Positions 46,040 to 58,824 of a stretch of 64,000 nucleotides of DNA are shown here, piece after piece. The DNA is taken from assembly GCA_017654855.1 (NCBI GenBank), contig CM030332.1, positions 6,820,001 to 6,884,000 on the forward strand. The letters are read 5' to 3'. The stretch comes from Podospora anserina (taxonomy: Eukaryota). Within the stretch, counting starts at the first letter, position 1. Each line of letters begins with the position of its first letter. The translations under genes were made by a program, and so were the position numbers. Under the pieces are notes generated by a model. It ran no database searches, had not been told where the DNA came from, and saw only the letters and a list, made by a program, of their open reading frames with translations.

Positions 46040-46484
46040 TTTTGGCCCGTCTCTTTTACACTCTGGTGAAGCGATTACTTTGGTTGTGTCGAGATGAATA
46101 AAATCTCATGAGCGGGGAAGCTGTCTTGTGCTTTTCTTTGAACGACATCAACCTCAAAGGCACAACACCACTCACCCAGCTTGAATCCCGAGCGTCACCG
46201 CAATTGTTGGGAGACGCTACAAAAAATGGAGTGATGTCAACCCGCGATCAAGCCCAGAGCTTCTCGCCAAGCCCACCTTTCAAGGGTCTCCCCACTGTTT
46301 GTATCCGCCAGCCTGCGTCATTCTGCCCCGCCCCCGCGCATAACATTTGGTTGGGGCTCAGCAAGGCTCTGGCACCGAAGCACATCATCCGATCTTGCCC
46401 AGGACCCCTATCCCAGAGGTTTGGCGATAGCTTCATAAAGTAAACAGAGGGCCACTCTTCACTAATAGTAAATAATCAGACACA

Positions 46485-47354
46485 ATGGCCCCCAAAGCTA
46501 TCATTGCCCCTTCCATTCTCTCGGCTGACTTTGCCGATCTCGGCGCGGCATGCTCGAGGACTATCAAGCAAGGTGCCGACTGGCTCCATGTTGATATCAT
46601 GTAAGTCAAGCACTATTGCACCTCGCACTCATTCATATCACTAACACTTCCCCCTCAGGGACGGCCACTTCGTCCCCAACCTCACCTTCGGCCCCCCAGT
46701 TGTCGTCAAGATCCGCTCCCATGTTGAGAAGCCCGCCGAGTCCTTTGGCAAGGGCACCTTTGACTGCCACATGATGATCGCTGAGCCCAAGAAGTGGGTC
46801 AAGGAGTTCAAGAACGCCGGGTGCGATCTATACTGCTTCCACTACGAGGCCGCCATCAACTCGTCTGCTGCTGAGAGCCCCGAGGGCAAGTCGGACGAGA
46901 AGACGAGCCCGAGGGAGCTGATCCGGTACATTCATGACCAGGGCATGCTGGCCGGTATTGCTATCAAGCCGGCTACTCCCGCTAATGTGCTGTTTGATTT
47001 GATTGAGAGCGAAGATCCTAAGGAGAAGCCTGATGTGAGTTGATATCCCCACAGTTACTGGCAAGGTTGTTACTGATTCGAGAATAGATGGTTTTGGTTA
47101 TGACTGTCGAGCCTGGGTTTGGTGGTCAACAGTTCATGGCTTCTGAGCTGCCCAAGGTGGAGGAGTTGCGGAAGCGGTACCCGGACTTGAACATTGAGGT
47201 TGATGGTGGGCTGGGACCTGGCACGATCGACCAGGCTGCGGACGCGGGTGCCAATGTTATTGTTGCTGGCAGTGCGGTGTTCGGTGCGAAGGATCCCTCC
47301 GAGGTGATTTCTCTGCTCAGGGAGGCCGTCGAGAAGAGGAGTGGCAAGTTATAG
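46485..47354 (+). CDS. RPE1: D-ribulose-5-phosphate 3-epimerase, 2 introns
   Basis: [58 protein letters not shown] and [12 protein letters not shown]. Confidence 0.96.
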
Positions 47355-47655
47355 AGGTGTAGCACGGTGTGAGATAGGTGACTCGAAATGCAGATGCCGC
47401 TGCTCTTGACAACTGTCCTATTTAAGAACAAGACTTGCACCAGTAGGCATCAAGGAACGGAGATAGGGATGTTTGGCGCAGTGGTCAACCGCGGCGTGTG
47501 GTTTATTGGACCTTTGCTCGCAAAGGTTCACCGCAAAATGTGGATCGTGCTCGCCTGCTCAGTTTGATCAGAGTCCAGGGCTTCGAGTCCTACTTTTTGC
47601 GTTCTTTAGTTATTTTTTTTGTTTTTTTTGTTTGGCCATTGTGTCGCCTCAGCCC

Positions 47656-49061
47656 CTAGATCTTCCAATCACTTTTCCTCGCACCATTACCGCTTCCCTC
47701 AAGGCCCAGCACCTTTAGAAGAGCGGTATAGAACAACCGTATCTCCTCCTCTACTTACAGTCAGCTTCAACTCGTTCAAATCCCATCAACGCAATAACTT
47801 ACCAGTGTTATAATGCGCCAAACTCACCCTCACAACCCCATCATCCCCCAGCCCAAGCACCTCCTTAGCCAGCCTCACAGAGTAATAAGTCCCCCAGCTC
47901 AACTTAACCCTCCCATTTGTCTCCCGCTCAATAGCCTCTACAAAATCCTTCGACTTCCACCCCCTCACCCTAAAACTCACCGTTGGCACCCTCACCTTAG
48001 CATCACCACACCACTCCCCGTAAATCGTTATCTTTCCATCCAACCCCGCCAACAAACCCAGCAAAACCGACTGTAACCTCTCCTCCTGGTCTACAACCCC
48101 CTCCCATCTCGGCGTCAGATACTCCACCACAGCCGGAATCCCGTAAATCAACTCCTGACACCACCCCCCCGCCAGCCCAATCTTGTCATCCAAACTCTCA
48201 GCAGGGTTGAAGAAATGCCCCATGGACTGGAGCTGTGCCCTAGCGCAGGGACCGGCGTACAGCTGTGAGATTCGAGGTCCGAAAAGCTTGTACCAGCTGA
48301 AGACGTAAAAGTCGACCCCGAGATCTTTGACGTCGATTCGGCGGTGGGGTGCGTGGGCTACGCCGTCAACGCAGAGAAGGGTCTGGGGGTTTAGGAGGCG
48401 GATTTTGGCGGAGAGGGATTTGATGTCGTGGATGGTGCCGAGGATGTTGGTTGTGTGGGTTAAACAAATGAGGCGGGTTTTGGGGGAGATGGGAGGGTTG
48501 GTGAGGTCGAGTTTGGGGTTGACGCAACCCGGTTGATCTTCAGGTGGGAGTTGGGGGTGCCACCAGCGGATTTTGAGATTTTGACGTGCTGCTAAGGCGA
48601 GCCAAGGGGCGATGTTGGACTCGTGGTCGAGGGGGCAGAGGAGGATCTCATCTTCGGGTGAGAAGGAGAGGGCGTGAGAGAGGTTGTGAAGGAGTTGGGT
48701 TGCGGAGGAGCCGAAGACTAGGGGTGGTTGTGTAAGAGAGTAATGCGGTTTTATGTGAGGGTGAAATAGAGCAACTTTAGGGTCTACGAACCTATTTCAT
48801 CTGGGGAGGCGTTGATGAAGTCTGCTGCGGCTTTATAACCGTCGTTGACGAGGTTTGGGGTTATGAGGTAGTCCCGTACACTGGGACACGCATCAGCTTC
48901 GGCAGGGCACTGGTGGCATGGAGACTGGTTTAATCATACCGATCAGCTACTGATCCCAACACCTGGCTTCCAGCTGCAGTATTAAAGAATATATAATCTC
49001 CTGACAATGCGGGGAAGCTTGCCCTCACGCTGTCAATATCTTCAGGTGTAAATGGCGGCAT
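47656..49061 (-). CDS. Class-V PLP-dependent enzyme (cysteine desulfurase-like/C-S lyase), 3 introns
   Basis: Hand translation: VRASFPAL, VFGSSATQL, LDHESNIAPW, THTTNILGTI, CVDGVAHAPH, FSWYKLFGP (PLP lysine) and VVRVSLAHYNT|EEEI. Exon 3 was checked and has no stop. Confidence 0.85.
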
Positions 49062-49663
49062 CTGAATTAGACTTGTTTTCAGACTCTCTATTTGGGGGCC
49101 ACCGAGTGTCCAGGGGCACTCCTCGGTCCGCACTTGGGAAGAAACAAGACAAGAATAAATCCAAGACACTAACTACAAGGATCGAGACTGAAAGCTGCAT
49201 AAGAGACGCATAAATAGGATCAAGGCGATCCCACCCGAAAGAGATCACCGGCGGCTCCATGCAGACCTCTCTGTGTCTTGTTGGTTGCCATCCTGATGTG
49301 GAAGCAGCCATCTCCAGACAGGCGCCGAGGGCTTAACAACTGCGGCGAACTGGACAAGCGCTTCGGGCATCATGCAAGACCTGCGCATGGCCTCGCAGCT
49401 TTCTCGAGTCAATCATGGCCTACGGCAGATGTCAGTCGAGAGCGTTTGACCCCACAGCGAGCCAATCGATCGCATGTTTCAGGGTCGGCCCATGTTCGTT
49501 TCCCCAAGGTGGGGGGCATAAAAAGTTTTGGACCCGCACATGTTCTTCTTCATGGGATATTTTATCTTTTGATATCAGCCCATTCCCGGAGCTCTTCTTT
49601 TTTCTGCCCCATTTTCCACCGAAACACCAACCCCAAATCCTGTGCAACAGACCCAATTGCACC

Positions 49664-51808
49664 ATGAAGATGAAGAGAAAGGCCGATTCTCCAGCTGATG
49701 GCAGGAAAGCCATCAAGAAGCGGACCAAGAACAGTAATAAGCCTGCCGCTGCCCCTCAACCCGCCCACCGATAGCTCCGGCGATACGATAGACGCTGACA
49801 CAACTCCTCCATCATAGCTCTCAGCGATGAGGATGCCAAAGCCCGCTTCCGCAAGGGGCTGTTTGACAAGAAGGTCCTCGAGAAGTACACCTCAGAGTAT
49901 GCGACATCAACACCGTATAAACACAGCGTAATCCACGAGCTCGCCGACGATTCCCTCCTGCGCAAGGTTCGCGAAGAAATCAAGGCCAACGTTCACTTCA
50001 CCCCCAAAGAGACCGACATCTACAAGATCCACCAAAGTGGTGACCTTGCCAACCTTGACGGACTCGACGACAAGGCATTGGCCAAGCTCCCCTCCCTTCT
50101 CGCCCTCCGCGATGCGCTCTACTCCCAGACCTTCCGCGAATATGTTTCGCACATCACCGGCTGCGGCCCCTTGAGTGGGCGCAAGACCGATATGGCCATC
50201 AATGTCTACACACCCGGCTGCTACCTCCTGTGCCACGACGATGTTATCGGTTCTCGAAAAGTCAGCTACATTCTGTATCTTACCGACCCAGACACACCAT
50301 GGCAGCCCGAGTGGGGCGGAGCTCTTCGCCTCTTCCCCGTCGTCGACCGAGAGGGCAAGGACGGCGAGGTTGCCAAGACACCCCTGCCAGACTTTGTCAA
50401 GTCTATCCCACCAGCCTGGAACCAGCTCTCTTTCTTTGCCGTGCAGCCCGGCGAGTCCTTCCACGATGTCGAGGAGGTCTACCATGCTGCCAGCCCGGAG
50501 GAGCTCGAGAAGAATGCTGGGCGCATCCGCATGGCCATCAGCGGGTGGTTCCACATTCCCCAGGTTGGAGAGGACGGGTGGGTGGAGGGTGCCGAGAGAG
50601 AAGCGGCTCACAAGAGCGGACTGATGCAGCTGCAGGGTAACCCAGACCAGCACGACCAGCCGCAGGCGAAACCCATCAGGGTTGAGAAGAGCAAACTCGA
50701 GGAGGATGACTTCCCTCTGGATGAGTCTGATCTGGAGTTCCTTTTGAAGTACATCGCGCCGACCTACCTCACACCAGACACCATCGAGCGCGTCGCCGAA
50801 CACTTTGAGGAGGAGTTCAGCATCACCTTGCCAGACATTCTGCATCCCAGATTCGCCGAGAAACTTCGCAAACATGTGGAGGACCAGGAGAAGAAGCCAC
50901 TACCGGAAAGCAGTGATGAGATCGAGAAGGGCGCCTGGAAGGTTGCGCGCCCACCTCACAAGCACAGATATCTCTACCTCCAGCCTGGAGAGGAGAAGAC
51001 CGAGGAGTCGCCCCTCAAGGAGCTGCTCGAGGTTCTTTTGCCATCCAGACAATTCCGCCTGTGGCTGCAGATGGCTACGCGCTCTACGGTCGAAAGCGTC
51101 GATTTACTGGCCAGGCGCTTCCGCCATGGACAAGACTACACACTCGCGACCGGCCATGAGGGCAAGCCTAGACTCGAAGTCAATATTGGCCTGACGCCCA
51201 CCACTGGCTGGGGCGATGTTGAGGACGACGAGGATGAGGAAGAAGAAGAAGAAGAGGAGGAGGAGGAGGAGTCCTCTGAAGAGGAGCAGCCCAAGAAGAA
51301 AGGCAAGAACGGCGCGGCGAACGGCAAAGGAAAGGAGAAGGCCAACGGCAAGTCTGCTAACGGCAGCGATGCCAAGGGCGATGCCAAGGGCAAGGGCAAG
51401 GGCAAGGGCAAGGGCAAGGCTGTTGAAAAGGAGCCCGAGCCTGAGGAAGAGCTCGAAGTTGGTGGCCACGAGGTTTACATGGCTGGCGATGACGACAGCA
51501 ACGAGGATGCTGCCATCTACAAGACCAGCGATGAGGACGACAACATTCTCTTCTTCCAGGCTGCCTCCTGGAACAAGATGAGCATTGTGCTGCGCGATAG
51601 CGGGACTCTCCGCTTCGTAAAGTACGTCTCCCAGAGCGCCAAGGGCGACCGATGGGATGTTAGTGCGATGTTTGAGATTGAGGAACAAGACGAAGAGCCC
51701 TCCTCGGAAGAGGAAGGGAATGGCGAGGCTTCGGGTGTTGGTGTTGTGGATGATTCCGAGGAGGAATTCAAGGGGTTCTCTCCCAGTGAGGACAGTGATT
51801 CTGACTAA
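49664..51808 (+). CDS. TPA1: Prolyl 3,4-dihydroxylase Tpa1/Ofd1/OGFOD1 (2OG-Fe(II) dioxygenase), 1 intron (49734-49817)
   Basis: KETDIYKIHQSGDLANL, LLCHDDVIGSRKVSYILYL (HxD), WGGALRLF, SFHDVEEV, RMAISGWFH; second domain RRFRHGQDYTLA and VLRDSGTLRFVKYVS. Confidence 0.94.
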
Positions 51809-53330
51809 TGATGGAAGTTGTCAGGAACTGAGGTCGATACAACAAGGTTGCGTGAGGAAGCTGAGAGAGGGAAAAGCACACTAGCTACAGGAAGAAGATG
51901 ACCAAGGCCACACTGTGGTTCAACCAGACTGGTGGGACCCTAACCCTTGGCAAGGGAATTCATGACAGAAGTATGCTACGAATTATAAGATATGATTTGG
52001 ACATGTATAGTGTTGGTCGATCTGGGACTCGGCCGAGTATTCTTGGCTGACGATTTGAGCAATGTCACTTCAGAGACTACATCCACTCATGTGCTGATGA
52101 GAGCTTTAATTGATGATTTAGCCGGTAGGCTGAGCAACTGCACACTCTGCTCTCCGGCAAGCTCGGCGCTGCGATCAGTGATCTACGGGTGTGTGTGTGC
52201 CTTGCGTCACCGACCTGTAACAAGTAGGTGAGATCTTGTGTGAGGAAGGTTGTACGATCTTGGTGGGACTTGTCATCTTATGTACATCGAGGGGTCGCAT
52301 AGTGGGCTGCTATTGTTGATCAAGACGCAACAGGTGCTCGAGGTAGCAAAGGGTCTCTGACCCTGACTTTGAGAGTTTCTGGAAGAGAGACTGGGAAGAG
52401 TGGGAAGGAATGCATCTCCAACGTGGCGTTGCCTGCATGAAACCAAATATGGATTTGTCTTGGGCTGACAGGCGGTTCTTGCGGCTGTTTTTTGTACATT
52501 CATTCAGCTTGCTCGGCAGAAGGAAGCGCGGAGATGTCTGGATAGCTTTAGCAGCCGTGCTTCAACAACGTCATGTTCGGATTTATTTTGCTTTTGACCC
52601 CCGAAAGGTGGTGTAGGCGATGATACCGGGCAAAAGTCGCATTCTCGTCCATCTCTTGGTGTGGTGAGTTCAGAGCCGGGCAGCCGGGCACTCCATGCTG
52701 CGACTTCCCAGCCCTTATTCCTTCTCTCTTTGCGGGGTCGGGATGGGTGGGGACCGAAAAGGAACGGGTTTCCACGACCCCACTAAGCGGCCTGCTGTAA
52801 GACATCCAGGGAAGTTCCTCTGTGGAAAGGCGACCAACCAGAGCTGTGTCTTCGAGAACGAGAGGATGCCCCAGTGCCGCCTTTCTTCCGTCCGAATGTG
52901 TGTGTGTGTGTGCCTTTGCTGACGAGAGAGGGGCACCAAGGCCCAGACCATTGGTGAGGAGGGGACTGGATACAATTTGCTGCGTGTGATCTGCTGCTTG
53001 CTTGCTTTGTTATACCGCTGGATTTCCCAGTTCCCCGAACCACTGCAAGTACCTTTTTAGCCCCATCGTCTGACCACTCTCGAACCAATCCTGTTGGGAC
53101 GGGCCTTCTTGTTAAAATCTTGGCCCTGCATTTGCCATTCTGAATTTAAACACCGATACCCCGGCCATCGCAGACCGTTCCTGTTCAAGCTTCGAATTCT
53201 TGGTTTTTTCTCCTTTTTGCGCGCGACTGGTTTCTCTGCCTCTTCAAATTGTTTGAAAGCATTTTTTGAAGAAGCCGGTCAATTTCTGGAGTTCGGTTGT
53301 CGAGCTCGGTTCATACGTAATATCTTCAGC

Positions 53331-54424
53331 ATGCCAATCCGCAACCCCTTTGCGCGCCGTCCCGGTGTCATCGTCACCGCTCATGATGAAAACTCACGAC
53401 CGGGGTCGGCGGCCGGGAGTGTGAAGGAAAGTGTGCTGTCGCCGGGTTTTGAAAGGGTAGATACTGTTGGGTCAAAGGCATCGTCGGCGTTCAGCATTCG
53501 CAGCAGCAGGAGGAGCCAGGACACAGGGGAATACAAGATGAGCGGTACGGTTCCCTCGAAGTCTCCTGAATGAGCGGCCCCTTCCCCCACATAACTGAGC
53601 GGGAGGCTCGGGATCATCACCATCGTGGCGACACAGCTTCAAGCACCGAAAACTGACTCCGCGCCTGTTCATACAGTGGTCGATGATAGTGGAATTTACC
53701 TTCCTGTAAGCTACCGCCTCCTCTCTATCACATATCCTTCCCAGTACTGACGCGACCCCCTAGCCATCTCCCACTGAAAAGGAAGCTACCTGGCCACGCC
53801 GGTACCTCTCCCGAACCTCCAGCGACAGAAGCAGCCGGGATGGCTCGGGTGACATTGAGCACTTCCCTATCTCGAGGGAATCATTCGATTCTTACCGCCG
53901 CTCCTTTGTCCGCCTTTCTCTCCCAAACCCCCCTTCTTGGCCCAACCGCTAACACACAATAGGACATCTCCGCCAGAAGCTACATCACCGACCCTGCGCC
54001 GCGCCAATCCCTCGATTCCTCCGCCCGCTTCCCCCGCATGATGCACACGCGCTCATCGCTCCTAAGCCGGGAACCACCTACCCCGGAAGAGGGTTTTGAG
54101 GATGTTGGACTAGGTGGTGAATCCAAGACCACAGCGCAGCACCAGCACCAGCAGCAACACCAGCACCAGCAACAAGCCGAACAGACACAGACTCCAGCGT
54201 TGCCGAAGAAGAAGGGGCTCTTTGCGAGATTTGGATCTGAGCACACCCATGAGACGACCGATGCAGCGCATACTGCGAACAGCAACGCGACGTCATCATG
54301 GAGTTTCCTGCCTGGGGCGTCGAGAAAGAGGGCGCAGAGCGGGCAGGGAGCGGAGTTGGGGGCCATGCCTTTCCCTGTTGATAGGTCGGGGGCGAATGGG
54401 GGTGCGGTTGAGGTTGATGCTTAA
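53331..54424 (+). CDS. Fungal hypothetical protein, mostly disordered, 4 exons
   Basis: Spliced: MPIRNPFARR...GEYKMS|VVDDSGIYLP|PSPTEKE...FPISRESFDSYRRSF|DISARS...EEGFEDVGL...KKKGLFARFG...RKRAQSGQGAELG...*. The three GT-AG introns keep the frame. Confidence 0.75.
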
Positions 54425-55388
54425 AGGACGTGCATGCTATAGGGGGGCATCATTCTGATCAGAGGAGTCATGGCGATAGACGGGCAGCCGTCTGTGTTGA
54501 ATGGGGGGGGGGGGGCATATTGCTTGGAAAACAGACATATCACCAACATCTTTGTGTGGTGGTCGTTTTTTTGCTGATGAAAAGGCGTTATGGGGTCTGG
54601 GTTTGGGATGGAATGCTGAAGTGGGAGGTACACATATACTACTGTAATAATTCATGGTAATGAGGGTAACGAATATAGAGGTCGATTCAAGACATGCTAG
54701 TCTTGGTTAGTGATGGGTTTTGGTGGAGGATAAACGCGATGCTTGGCTTTCCGTATAGGGATGGTCAAAGACCGCTGTCGTCGAGCGTTCTGTTTGATTC
54801 CAGCTCCTCGTCTCGACCTGTGGATTGATGTCTAAGCATCTCCTCATTTCACGCTAAAACACTTCCCCAAAACGAAGCTCCAATCGTGTGTGTTCACTCT
54901 TCAACAAAACTGCATCGTGCTCTCCGGGGTGGTACCCGACGGTGTCCCAATGACTGCCTGACCACTTGACCGGACATCTCGCCCGTTTGCACAAAAAATC
55001 ATAATCACGGCAAGATGATGGATAACACCAGGCTTCTTCTTTGCAAACGTCTTTACAAAAGTTAAGCAGTCAGCAGGCTTCAGGACTGGATACTTCCATT
55101 CAGACGAAGAGGTTTGCCTGATCCATCCTCTTGGTACTGCAACTTCATCTCACCTGAGGCAGACAGAAATATCACAACCAGCCTTATGTAGGTCATCTAT
55201 GCAGTGTAGCCGCTTACTCTCAGCTGAACATCCCCTTCTTTCACGCTGCAATATTTCAAAAAAAAAAAAAAAAAAAAAAGAATCATGCCCGAGCCGTTAC
55301 GTACCATGCTGGGCCAGGAAATTAGCAACCAAAGACATCTTGGTTCCATCTACCTATATCCCTTTTCTTTTATACACCCCCATCCCCT

Positions 55389-56729
55389 CTAAAACCCCTC
55401 CTCCTTCAACCTCTCCAGCCCCTGCACCAAGTCATCCCTCAAATCCTCCCACCCCTCCACACCGATGCTAACTCTCAACAACCTCCTATCCACCTTGGGA
55501 TCCGTCATCGCCCTCCACTCAATCAAACTCTCCACTCCACCCAGACTCGTGGCATGGTGGAACAACTGCAGCTTGCTAGGCAACCTCTTCGCCTTCTCCT
55601 CGCTCTCCAACCACAAGCTAAACACCGGCCCAAACCCATTGGGCATCTGCTTCCTCAGCCACGAGTTCTCATCCTTTGCCTCCGGCTGCTGAGAAGCGTG
55701 CTGAATCTTGAAGACAGACTGCGCAATGATGTTGCTGTTGTCGCCGGCCGCCTTCTTCTCGGCAAGGAAGTCAACCAGTTTCTGGGCGCTCTCGCTCTGG
55801 CGCTTGACTCTCAGTTCCAAAGTGCGGACACTACGGACGCCAAGCCAGCCTTCAAGAGAGCCCATCACACCTCCAAGGTGGAGGCGCTCCTCCCTGAGCT
55901 CTGGGAGCCACTTCTCGGCTCTGTCTGGGCGGATGGCGAGGACACCGGCAAGCATGTCGGAGTGGCCGCCGAAATACTTGGTGGCAGAGTGCATGACGAT
56001 ATCGACGTTGTACTTGAAGGGCTCCATCAGAGGGGGGGGGGCAAAGGTGGCGTCAACGGTGAGATAGCACCCCTTTTCGTCGGCCATCTTGCGGTAGTAA
56101 GCCAGGTCGCGAGCCTCGCCCGTGGGGTTAAGGGGTGTCTCGACGTGAATAACATCGCCCTTTTCGAGCTTGGCAAGGTCGGCATCGTCCTCCAGTTCAA
56201 GCTGCTCGAGGCCGTTGAGCTTCTTCATGATGTGGAGAATGCCATGGCAGCCGTGATAACCACCGCCGATAGCCACACGTTTGGGGTTGAGGAAGACAAT
56301 CATGGCGTGGAAGGCGGCAAGACCGGATGCATAACTGAGTGACGGGGCTCCGAGGAGCGAGGTGAGGATGGCCTCGAAGCGGGTGGTGTTTGGTGCACTG
56401 TCTCGAGAGTACACGTGAGAGTCATAAGGGGCATTGGGCTGAACATTGTGTTAGTGGCAGTGAACAAGGGGTGTGATATGGTGTGAAGCACTCACGTTGA
56501 GATTGTCCCATGGTCTCAACTGTTCAGGGTCCCGGTTATATCGGAAAGTGGTAGAAACGTGCATGGGGGGAGCCACGGCCTGGTGATTGTTGATATAGTC
56601 ATCGGCATGGACCGAGCGAGAAGCCATAGACAGCTCCCTGCCAAAGGCGACAGCGAGCGAGTTGGGGCCCTCAACGACGGCCTTGACCGCAGACCCAGCG
56701 GGGCGAACAGGAAGCTCATCAGACGCCAT
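55389..56729 (-). CDS. Cys/Met metabolism PLP-dependent enzyme (cystathionine gamma-synthase/beta-lyase family), 1 intron
   Basis: VAPPMHVSTTF, YSR...PNTTRFE, SGLAA, ETPLNP, VDATFAPP, MHSATKYFGGHSD (PLP lysine), ATSLGGVESLIE and LLRVSIGVE. Confidence 0.92.
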
Positions 56730-57331
56730 TTTGGTAAATTAGTGAGTTGTATGTGACGACAAGGACAGAAACCGGTCGGTGTAAGTGAGGTGGTGTTGAG
56801 CGGCTCATATAAACGTTCGATATCGGCGCGGGGCAGCTGGGCGGCTCCATATGGTGGAATTCGTCATTCCAAGGGCGTCTCAACTGCTGCTAGCGGCGGC
56901 CTTTGCATCCACAACGCTTCTAGAAGCAGTTGCCCCTCCCCACTCGCCACTTTCACAGGGGCTTCCCGGATGGCACATCGGAGCTGCTTCACCGGCCGAT
57001 ACCGACCTCTACCGCGCGGCCCCGTTACTTTATGCATCGTGGTGAGAATCGTCAGTGCCTCTGGTCGAGAAAAACAGTGACCTCGTGAACATGTCCGATT
57101 GCTTCCAATGTTGAGATCTTGCTCTGTGCGCTGGCTTCACGAGTGAGTGTCATGCCATGTGTCGTGCTTGCATCGTCGGATAACGCCGGTCGAGTTGGGG
57201 CAAAGGCAAGCCTCTGTAGCAATGCCGATTATACGATCTTCCTCCAAGCCCTCCTCGACCAAAAAAAATCCCACATGTAGATTGCATCTCACGCCACAGT
57301 CAAATCGCACTGGATTAGTTATCCCCCCATC

Positions 57332-58141
57332 TCACCCCGTCACCTCCCCCAGCAACCCCGTCACCGTCCTAGCCTCCCATCCCTTCCTCCCCATCTCAGG
57401 CAACACCCTTTCCAACATCGGCCTCGTCCAACTCCTCCTATCATGACAAATAATCACCCCTCCCGGATCCAACATCCCCAAGATATGCCTCCCATTCACC
57501 CCCGCCCACCCAACCTGCGCATCATGAGGATAAATACTCCCCAACACCAACCTGTACCCCAACCGGTTCACCACCCCCCTAATCCTATCGCTAAAAAACC
57601 CGCTCCCCGGCCTATAATACCTCTCCCTCCCCTCCCTCGGCGGCTCTTTCCCCTCGTCCCTATAAGCCCTATCAATCATCCCCTGCACCTCCCTCATCTC
57701 CCTCTCCAGCTCCTCCGTCGACAACCCCCTCGCAGGCTCATCATGCATCCCGTGATTCCCCAGCTCATGCCCCTGCCTCACAATCTCCCTCAGTATCCCC
57801 TCCCGCCCAGGAACCTGCGACCCAATCACAAAAAACGTCGCGTGCGCCCCGCTGGCAGAGAGCGCAGAGAGAATCCCCCTCGTGTGATCAGACGGCGCGT
57901 CGTCAATGGTAAGCGCCACAATCTTCTTGTCGGGGGGCAGCCAGATCCGGAAGAGGACGTCGGTCCAGCGGTGGGAGAAGTAGCGGATTAGCGACGAGGG
58001 CGGATAGTACACCACGTACAGCGGCAAAATCACCACCCCTACTAGGAGCAGCAGCAAAAAGAGGAGGTACATTCGTCGTCGGCGGGCGTGGCGGCGGGCG
58101 AAGCTGGTGGGGAGACGGAGGAGTCGGCGAAGGGGGAGCAT
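57332..58141 (-). CDS. Polysaccharide deacetylase (CE4/NodB), N-terminal membrane anchor
   Basis: ALTIDDAPS, ATFFVIG, GHELGNHGMHD, YYRPGSG and GGVIICHD; a hydrophobic segment follows an Arg-rich N-terminus. Confidence 0.9.
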   Translation of the reverse strand: MLPLRRLLRLPTSFARRHARRRRMYLLFLLLLLVGVVILPLYVVYYPPSSLIRYFSHRWTDVLFRIWLPPDKKIVALTIDDAPSDHTRGILSALSASGAHATFFVIGSQVPGREGILREIVRQGHELGNHGMHDEPARGLSTEELEREMREVQGMIDRAYRDEGKEPPREGRERYYRPGSGFFSDRIRGVVNRLGYRLVLGSIYPHDAQVGWAGVNGRHILGMLDPGGVIICHDRRSWTRPMLERVLPEMGRKGWEARTVTGLLGEVTG

Positions 58142-58144
58142 TGC

Positions 58145-58176
58145 GCTGCTGCTGCTGCTGCTGCTACTACTGCTGC
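58145..58176. repeat. (GCT)n trinucleotide repeat immediately upstream of the deacetylase ATG
   Basis: Seen directly in the sequence. Confidence 0.8.
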
Positions 58177-58824
58177 GGCTTTGCTGTGTTTAAGGTGGGA
58201 AACAGGAAGAGACAAGATTAGGGTATCATGTTTCAATGGCCTAGAAGCAAAAGACAAAACGAACGACAGGAAAAGTCTTCAAAGCTTACTCCAAGACAGC
58301 TGAGCATCAAATGGAGAAGGGGAAATGAATTGGCGATAAAGATAAAGATAGACAAGAACGCGCGTGACGTGCCTGGGCTTAATTGGTGTGGCGCAAGCTT
58401 CCTTGAGCTGAGAATATGTGGCTGAGAGTGTGGCACTCACCCCCTTTTTCTCTCTCTTAGCAAGCCGCAATAAAGTCTTATAGATAAATGTTTTGATCTT
58501 TGTATTACCTATTTCCTACATGTTCTAGCTCCATCGAGCCCCTTGAATTCACCACGTAAATCCCAGCAGAAGAATCTATCCACTCCATGCCAACATGATG
58601 CCGTGAGACTCCAACGCTTCTAGCACTCTTCTCTTGCCCCCTTTTCCGTCGTCAATGCAACGCTGTCCAGGTATAGTATAAACCATAAAAATAAAAATAA
58701 ACCTCCCTTGAAAACATAACGCCATAGATGCATGCAAATACCCGCCCCATGAACCAGCAGATAACCACACAGATCGCCCCAGCTGAGCAATCCCTCGTAT
58801 CACTCCTGCTTGGTAGAAACCAAA

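Noticed and set aside
47656..56729. Two PLP sulfur-metabolism-type enzymes within 9 kb as a possible gene cluster
   Set aside because: Separated by unrelated genes; no backbone enzyme, transporter or regulator nearby.
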